This document shows positions 56,051 to 64,000 of a stretch of 64,000 nt of DNA, in pieces (position 1 is the first letter of the stretch; each line of letters begins with the position of its first letter). The notes below the pieces were generated by a model, which did not search any database, was not told the origin of the DNA, and was given only the letters and a program-made list of their open reading frames with translations. The stretch is from positions 104,884 through 168,883 of the forward strand of contig DAORXN010000003.1 in assembly GCA_035358955.1 (NCBI GenBank). The letters run 5' to 3'. Source of the DNA: Syntrophales bacterium. GTDB taxonomy: Bacteria > Desulfobacterota > Syntrophia > Syntrophales > UBA8958. A program made the position numbers and the translations under genes.

Positions 56051-57466
56051 TCAGCTTTCCTCCTTCGAGAATATGGATTGATATGCTTCGGGAAATGCAT
56101 CTCTCCCACAAGCGAGCATCAGGGTTAATGGCATCACGTTTCGGGCGCAGGCAAGCATTTCTTCTACGATGCTGCGTATATCCCATTGGGCATGGCGGTC
56201 AGCCCTCAGCCTGGCCATGTGATAGAGCTCTCGGGCATTTACCTTGAGCAGGACGCGGCGACGATGGCTGTTGGTTAGGATGTAGGGAGCGGCCTGGGGC
56301 GCTTCCTTCAGGATTTGGTCATAGGTTTCGTTGGTCGTCTCGATCAGGTCGAGGAATGCCTCTTGGAGACCGGCGGATAGGAGGTTGGGCGGTATGGTGT
56401 TGCCTAAAGCGGGATGATAATCCTGGCTTACGATGGTAGCCATGCGGTGTCTCTTTAGTTGAGCAAAACAGCTTGCACTTACGGTAAGATCGTAAGTAAG
56501 CTCTACTATTTCGAATTCCCGCCGCACTTGATCGTAGGCTTGAATGTGACGGAGGGCATCTTTGATGATGGTTTTTCCCTCTTCCTTGGGTAGTTTGGTC
56601 GCCTGGGCAAAACATTCCTCGTAACTACCTTTATTTAATCCGTAAAGGAGGGCAGCGATAAGCCTCCGGTCGGCATCGGGGGTAAACCAGGCCAGGTTAA
56701 CCGGCTTCCCCTGAGAGGGAATGGTCCCTGCGAACTCCCCTTGGCGGTGGTACCTCAAGTCATAGGCGGTAGGTTTTACGTAGCGGATGAGAGAGGGCGC
56801 TACAGGATGGACGTTTTCAAACAGGGCGTAACCTAACTTTTGAGCTTCGGCGAGGGGATGGGCTGACAAGCGTCTTACCATCAATTCGAAGTTTCTGGCA
56901 TTGATGGTCATGCCGAGCTGGGTGTGGGTGGCAAGAGAGATGGCATAGCGGGCGTCTTCTTTGGCGGCATTATCGAGGGTGGGAGAAAGAGGCCCCCCGT
57001 TTAATCCTGAAAGGTAGGACCGAAGTTGCTCGTAGGCCGTGCGGTAGAATTGCTGCTGGCGGCGAATGGTTGCTATGAACTGGTCGGCCAATGAAGAATC
57101 CTTCAGTTCTTCGGGGAGCGTGAAGTCGTCCTGAAACAGGCAGTAGCGCTGAGATTTTTCGGTAAAGGAGACGAGGCGAAATTTTTCTATTTCCTCGACG
57201 AGCAGGCGGGATACACCTATGATATCTATATTAAAAACGGCATGCTCGGCAATAGAACTATGACCCATCTCAAAGACAATTTTTTCATTGGACTTCCGCG
57301 CCTTTTCCACGTCTTTTCTTGCCATCTCTCTCAGTTCCCAGGTTGGAAGAGGGCTACGGCTGATGCGGGCATAAGCAGCCGCGATCGCCTCCGGCGTGGC
57401 CTCGCCTTCGCGGGCTGGAGGCAAAGATGCTCGATCTACATTAAAACCGGCCAGGATGACCTTCAT
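56051..57466 (-). CDS. thyX: Tandem-domain ThyX-family (flavin-dependent thymidylate synthase-like) protein
   Basis: 471-aa ORF with two Thy1-like halves. Half 1 carries KFRLVSFTEKSQRY (57143-57184). Half 2 carries RHRMATIVSQDY (56417-56452). Confidence 0.7.
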   Translation of the reverse strand: MKVILAGFNVDRASLPPAREGEATPEAIAAAYARISRSPLPTWELREMARKDVEKARKSNEKIVFEMGHSSIAEHAVFNIDIIGVSRLLVEEIEKFRLVSFTEKSQRYCLFQDDFTLPEELKDSSLADQFIATIRRQQQFYRTAYEQLRSYLSGLNGGPLSPTLDNAAKEDARYAISLATHTQLGMTINARNFELMVRRLSAHPLAEAQKLGYALFENVHPVAPSLIRYVKPTAYDLRYHRQGEFAGTIPSQGKPVNLAWFTPDADRRLIAALLYGLNKGSYEECFAQATKLPKEEGKTIIKDALRHIQAYDQVRREFEIVELTYDLTVSASCFAQLKRHRMATIVSQDYHPALGNTIPPNLLSAGLQEAFLDLIETTNETYDQILKEAPQAAPYILTNSHRRRVLLKVNARELYHMARLRADRHAQWDIRSIVEEMLACARNVMPLTLMLACGRDAFPEAYQSIFSKEES

Positions 57467-57504
57467 GGCCGGGCATCCTATCGGAAATTGATTTTATGTT
57501 CAAC

Positions 57505-58290
57505 TTATTTCATCGGTTTCTGGGCCGAGACGAGTATGCTTATCACCTTGATATCGGTTGTTTCGTCTAGGTCCATAAGCGGTGATAACAATTCTTGAAC
57601 GGGATAGGCCGATTCTTTCACTACCTTGATATTTACGAAGCCCGCCTTTCTGATGGCGCTAAGGTACTCTTCTTTTTCTACGGCACCGGCTATGCACCCG
57701 ATGTAGGCTTCCATGGAGTCCCTGATCGTGGGGGGGAGCTCCCCATTTAGAACCATATCGGAAATGTGAAGGAATCCACCCGGTTTGAGTACACGGAAGG
57801 CCTCGGCAAAGGCCCTTTCCTTATCCGGGGAAAGATTTATCACGCAATTGGAGATAATGACGTCCGCCGTGTTCTCATTTAGGGGCAGGTACTCGATTTC
57901 TCCGAGGCGGAACTCGACTTGCTCGTATTTGCCCTTTATCGCATTAGCTTTTGCTTTTTCTATCATTTCCTGGGTCATGTCGATGCCAATGACCCGACCC
58001 TTCTTTCCCACTTTACGAGCCGCAAGAAAACAGTCAAAACCTGCCCCACAACCTAAGTCCACGACCGTGTCCCCTTCTTTCAAAGAGGCGAGGGCCAAGG
58101 GATTACCACATCCCAGTCCAAGATTGGCGCCTTCCGGGACGGATTGTAGGTCCTCCTCTCGATAGCCGATCTTCTCCGTCAAGGTGGTGATTGAGCAAGC
58201 CGTAGGGGGCAGGCAGCAGCTGAGAGATTTTTTTGCAATCTTGCCGTAGGCTGTTTTTACCGATTCTTTCACTCGTTCCTTTTGTTCCAT
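57505..58290 (-). CDS. arsM: Arsenite S-adenosylmethionine methyltransferase-like protein
   Basis: 261-aa ORF with a SAM motif VVDLGCGAGFD and ArsM-type conserved Cys contexts (SCCLPP, SNCVINL, GCIAGA). Confidence 0.8.
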   Translation of the reverse strand: MEQKERVKESVKTAYGKIAKKSLSCCLPPTACSITTLTEKIGYREEDLQSVPEGANLGLGCGNPLALASLKEGDTVVDLGCGAGFDCFLAARKVGKKGRVIGIDMTQEMIEKAKANAIKGKYEQVEFRLGEIEYLPLNENTADVIISNCVINLSPDKERAFAEAFRVLKPGGFLHISDMVLNGELPPTIRDSMEAYIGCIAGAVEKEEYLSAIRKAGFVNIKVVKESAYPVQELLSPLMDLDETTDIKVISILVSAQKPMK

Positions 58291-58294
58291 CGTT

Positions 58295-58543
58295 CTAAAC
58301 CTCCTTGGAGCTTCCCATTACGGAATTGATAAAGGAAGTAATCCCGCTTGCCAATTCTACCACCGGAATCAAGGTAATACAGCAGGCCTTCCCTTCTTTT
58401 TCCCATACCACGCAGGCCATTTTATCGCCCGCTTGCACACCCATGAGATCCCTTATTTCCTTCGGTATGACCATCTGCCCTCTTTCGTCGATACTTACGA
58501 GGGCTTCTATCTTGCATGTGCCGGCTTTGCTGCGTGTAGTCAT
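58295..58543 (-). CDS. AbrB/MazE/SpoVT-type swapped-hairpin DNA-binding protein, Cys-rich
   Basis: 82 aa from the ATG at 58543, with a GGAGG RBS 6 nt upstream. It has the SpoVT/AbrB motif DERGQMVIPKEIRDLMGV. The ORF-track start at 58603 lies inside the predicted promoter. Confidence 0.7.
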   Translation of the reverse strand: MTTRSKAGTCKIEALVSIDERGQMVIPKEIRDLMGVQAGDKMACVVWEKEGKACCITLIPVVELASGITSFINSVMGSSKEV

Positions 58544-58573
58544 CTGCAACCTCCAAAAAATCAGGTTAATCTG

Positions 58574-58603
58574 ACTATACTGATAATTCACATATTTTGT
58601 CAA
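58574..58603 (-). promoter_or_regulatory. Sigma70-like promoter TTGACA-N18-TATAGT for the abrB-like/arsM string
   Basis: On the minus strand, the -35 TTGACA is at 58598-58603 and the -10 TATAGT is at 58574-58579, about 30 nt upstream of the ATG at 58543. Confidence 0.45.
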
Positions 58604-58680
58604 CCATTATTTTCTTGCTGCTGGGCCTTTAAGTTTGTAAAAAGCATTATTAAACGAATCGCGATATAAGGGGGAAGACC

Positions 58681-60342
58681 ATGGAAGAGAAATTCTGGCA
58701 GAGGTTTTACGATTACAATATGCCGACGACCATACGTTATCCGTCCATTACCATCCCCGAGCTCCTACAGATACCCGCCAACGTTTTACCCGACAAGGCA
58801 GCGGCCATCTACGAAGGGGCGGAGTTATCTTTCTTTGACTTGCGCCACCATGCCCTGAGGATGGCCAATGCATTAGAGGCATTGGGTGTGAAGAAGGGGG
58901 ATCGGGTGGGGATTCACTTGCCCAACTGCCCTCAGTACCTAGTCGCCTATTACGCTTCCTTGATGTTGGGGGCCATTGTAACGGGTTTGAATCCTGCCTA
59001 TCCCCATGAAGAATTGCTTACGGTAGCCCGTACGACGGGATTGACAACCGTCTTTACCCTGGACGAGACGGCGGATCGGATTGAAAGGCTAAAGCCGCAA
59101 GTTTCCATCGAAAGGATAATTGTATCAGCGCGAGGCCTTTACGGACGGGAGAGGAAAACGGGCATCTCCTGCGATTTAAGGGAAGGATGGTTGAGCTTTC
59201 ATGACCTGCTCGAAAAGTTTCGACAGCCGCGCCGTCCCCGAGTTCAGGTGGAGACGACCGATCCTGCTATTATTCAATTCACCGGGGGGACGACGGGTGT
59301 ACCGAAGGGGGCCGTTTTGAGCCACGCCAACATGATCGCCGCCGTAATGCAGACCTCTCCCCGCATGGAGCCCATCCTTAAGTTCATACCACCGGAAAGG
59401 AGAAAATCTCTCATAATTTTGCCCCTGTACCATGTATACGGGAATCTGGTGGCCAACTGGTCCCTTTTCAACTGCGTGACCCAAGTACTTGTCCCTCGCT
59501 TCCAGGTGGATGAGGTTATCGATCTTCTCTGTGAAATCGATGAAATCACCTATTTCCCTGCAGTACCCACGATGCTCACGGCCCTCGTAAACCATCCCCG
59601 CATTGGCGAGGTCAATTTGGGCCGCAAGGTACATGTTATCAATTCCGGTGCCGCCCCCTGCCCGGTTGAGCTGATCGAACGTCTCCGCGACCTGGGGGTC
59701 TTCATCACGGAGGCATGGGGGATGAGTGAGACCTCGAGCCTGGGTATCGTCAATCCCATTTTGGGAAAGAAAAAGCCGGGGAGCATAGGATTACCGGCTC
59801 CGGATAACGATATTCGTATCGTAGATGTGGTGGACGGAAAAACAGAGGTGCCTCGTGGGCAACCGGGAGAGCTTCTTATTAAGGGGCCCTCGGTCATGAT
59901 GGGATACTGGAACAATCCGGAAGAAACGGCCCAGGTGCTGAAAGACGGCTGGCTCTATACCGGGGATATTGTGGTGCAGGATGAAGATGGGTTCATATTC
60001 ATCGTGGATCGGAAAAAGGATATGATCATTGCAGGGGGGTTCAATGTCTATCCTCGGGAAATAGACGAGGTCCTTTACCGACATCCCAAGGTGAAGGAGG
60101 CGGTGACGGTGGGTATCCCCGACCCGTATCGGGGCGAGACGGTTAAGGCCTTCATCGTGCCGAAAGAAGGGGAGGAGGTTTCGGCCGAGGAGATTATTGC
60201 CTTCTGTAAGGAAAGGCTCGCGCCCTACAAAGTGCCGAAAGAAGTGGAGTTTCGCGCCTCTTTGCCCCAGTCAGCGGCAGGAAAGATATTACGCAAGGTA
60301 TTGCGGGAAGAGGAAATGAAAAAGAGGGGAGAAAAGAATTAG
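58681..60342 (+). CDS. AMP-dependent acyl-CoA synthetase/ligase (FadD-like)
   Basis: 553-aa ORF with the AMP-binding motif FTGGTTGVPKGAVLSH, plus the GYWNNPEET, YTGDI and GKILR motifs. Confidence 0.85.
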   Translation: MEEKFWQRFYDYNMPTTIRYPSITIPELLQIPANVLPDKAAAIYEGAELSFFDLRHHALRMANALEALGVKKGDRVGIHLPNCPQYLVAYYASLMLGAIVTGLNPAYPHEELLTVARTTGLTTVFTLDETADRIERLKPQVSIERIIVSARGLYGRERKTGISCDLREGWLSFHDLLEKFRQPRRPRVQVETTDPAIIQFTGGTTGVPKGAVLSHANMIAAVMQTSPRMEPILKFIPPERRKSLIILPLYHVYGNLVANWSLFNCVTQVLVPRFQVDEVIDLLCEIDEITYFPAVPTMLTALVNHPRIGEVNLGRKVHVINSGAAPCPVELIERLRDLGVFITEAWGMSETSSLGIVNPILGKKKPGSIGLPAPDNDIRIVDVVDGKTEVPRGQPGELLIKGPSVMMGYWNNPEETAQVLKDGWLYTGDIVVQDEDGFIFIVDRKKDMIIAGGFNVYPREIDEVLYRHPKVKEAVTVGIPDPYRGETVKAFIVPKEGEEVSAEEIIAFCKERLAPYKVPKEVEFRASLPQSAAGKILRKVLREEEMKKRGEKN

Positions 60343-61553
60343 TGTCCGGCCAAGAAACCTTAGACTGGGAAAATCGCTTCAGCCCCCCTTTTTTTCGCAA
60401 GCTGCCTCTATCTATCGAAAGGGGAGAGGGCATCTACGTTTGGGACGAAAGGGGACGCCAATATCTTGATTTCACGGCCGGTTGGGGTGTCACTTCCCTG
60501 GGGCATGCCCATCCGGTCATCCTTCAAGCCTTACAACAGCAAGCCCGCCAGATTTGGCAAACACCCAATGCCGGCCTGGTTTGTAATCCTACCCGGGCCA
60601 GGTTGCTTGCCTTGATGGCGAACATTTTGCCTCCACCTCTCACGAGGACTTTCTTTTGCACCAGCGGTTCCGAAGCGATCGATGCGGCTATCAAGTTGGC
60701 AAGGAAGGTAACGGGTCGCATGGATATTGTTTCGGCCTCCCAGGGATTTCACGGCCGCATGATAACCGCTTCTTCGGCCACGGGGGGAATTGGCCACCGG
60801 GAGAAAATCGACCCCCAGGCATCACACTTTAGATTTGTGTCCTACGGTGATGAGGGGGAGGTAGAAAAGGCCATCGACGATAAAGTGGCGGCCGTGATCA
60901 TGGAACCCATCTTAGGTGAGGGGGGTGTATTCGTGCCGCCGCCGGGTTATCTTTATTACGTCTCTCAGCTGTGTCGTAAGTATGGGGCTTTGCTGATTAT
61001 CGATGAGGTTCAAACGGGGTTTTGCCGAACAGGCCCCATGTTTGCATCTTCTTCCCTCAACCTCGATGTTTCCTTCCTTACGATGGGGAAGGGCATCGCG
61101 AGCGGTTTTCCTTTCGCGGCCTTTGCCATGACGGAGGAAGTGGCGGCCAAGATCGAGGTGGGAGACCACGGAGGAACCTATGCGGGGAACCCTCTGGGAT
61201 GTGCCGTGGCGGAAGCAGTGGTTAGATACCTCATCGACCATGACATCTCTTCCCACGTGGAGAAAATGGGCGGTATCTTCCGCACCGGCCTTGCATTACT
61301 TCAAAACAAATATCCATACGTCATAAAAGAGGTAAGGGGACAGGGTTTACTGTGGGCCGCCGAGATTTCGCGGCCTGAACAGGCGGGGGCCGTTTTCGAT
61401 GCCTCCCTGAAGAAAGGCCTGATTCTAAATATCGTCAAGGAGCAAGTGATCCGCTTTTTCCCCGCCCTCGTCATAACCGAAAAACAGATTCAGGAAGGCC
61501 TCTCTATTTTCGAAGAAGCCATTTGCGAAACGGCCGTCGACAAATGTGATTGA
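60342..61553 (+). CDS. Class III (omega/acetylornithine-type) PLP aminotransferase
   Basis: 403-aa ORF with GSEAIDAAIKLARK and IIDEVQTGFCRTG motifs. Its GTG start overlaps the ligase stop by 1 nt. Confidence 0.85.
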   Translation: MSGQETLDWENRFSPPFFRKLPLSIERGEGIYVWDERGRQYLDFTAGWGVTSLGHAHPVILQALQQQARQIWQTPNAGLVCNPTRARLLALMANILPPPLTRTFFCTSGSEAIDAAIKLARKVTGRMDIVSASQGFHGRMITASSATGGIGHREKIDPQASHFRFVSYGDEGEVEKAIDDKVAAVIMEPILGEGGVFVPPPGYLYYVSQLCRKYGALLIIDEVQTGFCRTGPMFASSSLNLDVSFLTMGKGIASGFPFAAFAMTEEVAAKIEVGDHGGTYAGNPLGCAVAEAVVRYLIDHDISSHVEKMGGIFRTGLALLQNKYPYVIKEVRGQGLLWAAEISRPEQAGAVFDASLKKGLILNIVKEQVIRFFPALVITEKQIQEGLSIFEEAICETAVDKCD

Positions 61554-61636
61554 CCATCTCACGGGTCTTATTCTGTTTCAAGCCTAAATTATGTTTTACG
61601 GTGAAACAAAAATTTCGAGAAAACAGCAAACGCTTA

Positions 61637-61665
61637 TTGACAATCATTTGTTGATTAGATATTAA
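61637..61665 (+). promoter_or_regulatory. Sigma70-like promoter TTGACA-N17-TATTAA in an AT-rich 256-bp spacer
   Basis: TTGACA at 61637-61642 and TATTAA at 61660-61665. The inverted repeat AATCA-N5-TGATT (61642-61656) lies within the spacer. A hairpin AACCGC-TTGT-GCGGTT lies at 61769-61784. Confidence 0.45.
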
Positions 61666-61809
61666 AAAACTTAGTTAAATAAACAATAATATCGTAAGGT
61701 TAATTTTATTCAAAGAAAATGATTGTGAATTTTTTAAGCGCAAAGTCATAAGGTATTGAAGGGATATAAACCGCTTGTGCGGTTAAATAAAAACAAGAGG
61801 AAGGGACAA

Positions 61810-62682
61810 ATGGATGCAACAACTGCCATGTATGTTTCCCAGGCGATTCATGGGATTGCCTACGGCATGATCTTGTTTCTCATCGCCTCGGGATTGAACC
61901 TCATCTTCGGGATGATGGGTGTACTCAACCTGGCGCACGCCTCTTTCTTTATGCTCTCCGGCTATTTCTGCTATCAGGTGCTCACGATAACTGGAAATTT
62001 CTGGTTATCCCTCCTCTTTGCCCCCTTGGGGACGGCCCTCTTTGGTATCATCGTGGAGCGTGTTTTTTTGAGACGCATGCATGCCTTCGGTCATTTGGGA
62101 GAGCTTATGCTCACCGTAGGCTTATCACTGGTCATACTTGCGGGAGTAAAATTCTTCTGGGGGACGGAGAGCTTGCCGATTCCGGTACCGGAAACTCTTC
62201 AAGGTCTCGTTCGAATTTTCGGGTTGGAGTACCCCATTTATCGCTTGTTTGTGATCGGGCTTTCTCTTTTTGTGCTCGTGTTGATGATCCTCGCCCTATA
62301 TAAGACACGGTTGGGTATGATCGTGCGGGCGGCCGTGTCCGATCGAGATATGGTAAATGCCTTAGGCATCAACATCCCCCTCGTTTTTATGGTTGTATTC
62401 GGTATCGGCTGCTGGCTGGCCGGTATTGCCGGCGTTGCCATCGCACCTATTCTCACCGTGTTTCCCGGTTTGGCCGACCAGGTGGGGATGGATGCCTTTA
62501 TCGTGGTGGTAACGGGGGGTATAGGTAGCCTGGGAGGAGCCTTCATCGTTTCCCTCATCTTTGGTCTGTTGAGTTCCTTTGGTATCCAGTTTGTGTCCCA
62601 GCTGGCACCGGTGTTGATGGTGGGATTCATGGCCCTCGTGCTAATAATTCGTCCGCATGGATTGTTCGGGGTGGAAGAATGA
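61810..62682 (+). CDS. livH: Liv/Bra-type ABC transporter permease (LivH family), second system
   Basis: 290 aa from the ATG at 61810, which follows an AAGAGGAAGGG RBS. The ORF is polytopic. Confidence 0.85.
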   Translation: MDATTAMYVSQAIHGIAYGMILFLIASGLNLIFGMMGVLNLAHASFFMLSGYFCYQVLTITGNFWLSLLFAPLGTALFGIIVERVFLRRMHAFGHLGELMLTVGLSLVILAGVKFFWGTESLPIPVPETLQGLVRIFGLEYPIYRLFVIGLSLFVLVLMILALYKTRLGMIVRAAVSDRDMVNALGINIPLVFMVVFGIGCWLAGIAGVAIAPILTVFPGLADQVGMDAFIVVVTGGIGSLGGAFIVSLIFGLLSSFGIQFVSQLAPVLMVGFMALVLIIRPHGLFGVEE

Positions 62683-63665
62683 AAGAAAAGATGACGAAAA
62701 TTGTTCTTTGGTTGGCCCTAGCCATCCTACTTCTGGCTTATCCGAAGTTGTTTGGCCTGTACTACGTGAATCTCTTCGTAACGTTCATGGTGTTTGCCGT
62801 TTTTTCCCTTTCCTTCAATATGCTATTGGGTTTTACAGGGCTTTTGAGTTTCGGTCATGCCATCTTTTTTGGAATGGGCGGCTACGGTACCGCTCTGGCC
62901 CTGAGGCATATCGAGGGAATTTCCCTCTTCCCGGCCATGGGTTGCGGAGTGGCAGCGGCAGTTTTGCTCGCCGCCATTTTGTGTCCCGTAGTGATAAGAG
63001 TGACGGGAACGGCCTTTGCCATGGTACACCTCGCGTTCGGTCAGCTCATGTATGTGCTCGCCCTGAAATTGAGAAATATCACGGGGGGTGAAGATGGGAT
63101 AGGGAATTTCCCCCTCCCTGATTTTTCTTTTTTAGGAATTATTTCACTTCCCCTGAAAAACAATCCCGTAAACTTTTATTACTTTGCCCTTCTTGTCCTG
63201 GGATTGTGCACCTGGCTCATGTGGTTTTTTACCCAGACCCCCTTTGGGCAAATTCAGGTAGGGATTCGTGATAATGCCAAGCGCATAGATTACCTGGGCT
63301 TTAAGGTGCCGGAATCAAAAGCCGTGATTTACATTACGTCCGCATTCTTTGCCGGCATGGCAGGTTCCGTATACGGGTTATTCCATAATCTGGTTTCTGC
63401 CGACGGTTCCCTCAATGTTCTCGTTTCCTTTGCGGCTATTACGGCAACCTTGATCGGCGGTATCGGGAGCTTCTTTGGCCCCATCTGGGGCACGGCGATC
63501 TTTCAGATCTTGGAAGAAATTACCATTCGATTTACGGAACAGGTGGAGCTGGTGACAGGGGTCATCATGATATTGGTTATTATGTATGCACCCCGCGGAT
63601 TTGCCGGTTTCCTTTCTGCATTGAATCTCAAATGGCAAACGTACAGAGCTGGGCGGGGGAAATAA
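62679..63665 (+). CDS. livM: Liv/Bra-type ABC transporter permease (LivM family), second system
   Basis: 328-aa polytopic ORF that overlaps the previous gene by 4 nt. Confidence 0.85.
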   Translation: MKEKMTKIVLWLALAILLLAYPKLFGLYYVNLFVTFMVFAVFSLSFNMLLGFTGLLSFGHAIFFGMGGYGTALALRHIEGISLFPAMGCGVAAAVLLAAILCPVVIRVTGTAFAMVHLAFGQLMYVLALKLRNITGGEDGIGNFPLPDFSFLGIISLPLKNNPVNFYYFALLVLGLCTWLMWFFTQTPFGQIQVGIRDNAKRIDYLGFKVPESKAVIYITSAFFAGMAGSVYGLFHNLVSADGSLNVLVSFAAITATLIGGIGSFFGPIWGTAIFQILEEITIRFTEQVELVTGVIMILVIMYAPRGFAGFLSALNLKWQTYRAGRGK

Positions 63666-63668
63666 TCC

Positions 63669-64000
63669 ATGTATATCTTGGAAACGAAGGATTTAAACCA
63701 TGATTTTAGCGGCTTAAAGGTGCTTTTTGGAGTGAATCTCCAAGTAAAGGAAGGCGAAAAGCACGCCATAATTGGCCCAAACGGTGCAGGCAAAACGACC
63801 CTGTTTAATTGCATTACGGGCACTTACCACCCATCAAGTGGGAAGGTGTTATTCAAAGGGATGGATATCACGGGGCGAAAACCCCATGAACTGACCAGAA
63901 TGGGCATCGGGCGATCGTTCCAGATCACGACCATCTTTATGAACCTTACTGTATTCCAGAACGTGAGGCTCGCCGTTTTATCGAAACGGGGAATCCGTTT
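63669..64000 (+). CDS. livG: ABC transporter ATP-binding protein (LivG family), 5' partial at window edge
   Basis: Hand translation from the ATG at 63669 gives MYILETKDLNHDFSGLKVLFGVNLQVKEGEKHAIIGPNGAGKTTLFNC... with a Walker A motif. The frame stays open to the end of the window. Confidence 0.85.
   Translation, partial: MYILETKDLNHDFSGLKVLFGVNLQVKEGEKHAIIGPNGAGKTTLFNCITGTYHPSSGKVLFKGMDITGRKPHELTRMGIGRSFQITTIFMNLTVFQNVRLAVLSKRGIR

Overview
This 64-kb window looks like chromosomal DNA from a Gram-negative anaerobe. LolA, LptE, AmpG and PpiD point to an outer membrane, and radical-SAM enzymes, a NIL-ferredoxin and ThyX point to anaerobiosis. A Desulfobacterota-like lineage is my guess, not a demonstrated fact. 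Gene density is high and I saw no rRNA, CRISPR array, IS element or prophage. Most of the window is housekeeping: rnc-mtaB, ilvE, proA-nadD, ppiD, mreBCD-mrdA, gltX plus tRNA-Glu, yceD-rpmF-fabG-acpP-fabF, rpiB-glyA, nrdR-ribE-ribBA-ribH-nusB, leuS-lptE, rpsT and ftsH. Five parts stand out. (1) An alpha-glucan cluster encodes GT4, GH57 and a 1417-aa fusion of a eukaryote-type GT3 glycogen synthase to a GT35 alpha-glucan phosphorylase. (2) A divergent MetK paralog sits behind a leader that contains an intrinsic terminator and a competing antiterminator pairing. (3) A nine-gene operon encodes Liv-type ABC permeases and ATPases, two family-III CoA-transferases (the second apparently lacks the catalytic Asp), and three tandem binding-protein paralogs that share perfectly identical DNA tracts. 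(4) A tightly packed minus-strand string contains an AbrB-like gene, arsM, a tandem-domain ThyX, a thiolase, a C26 amidotransferase, ampG and yqaA. (5) A second, partial module encodes an acyl-CoA ligase, a class-III aminotransferase and a Liv-type ABC transporter. All functional calls rest on motif recognition by eye. No database or covariance-model searches were possible.
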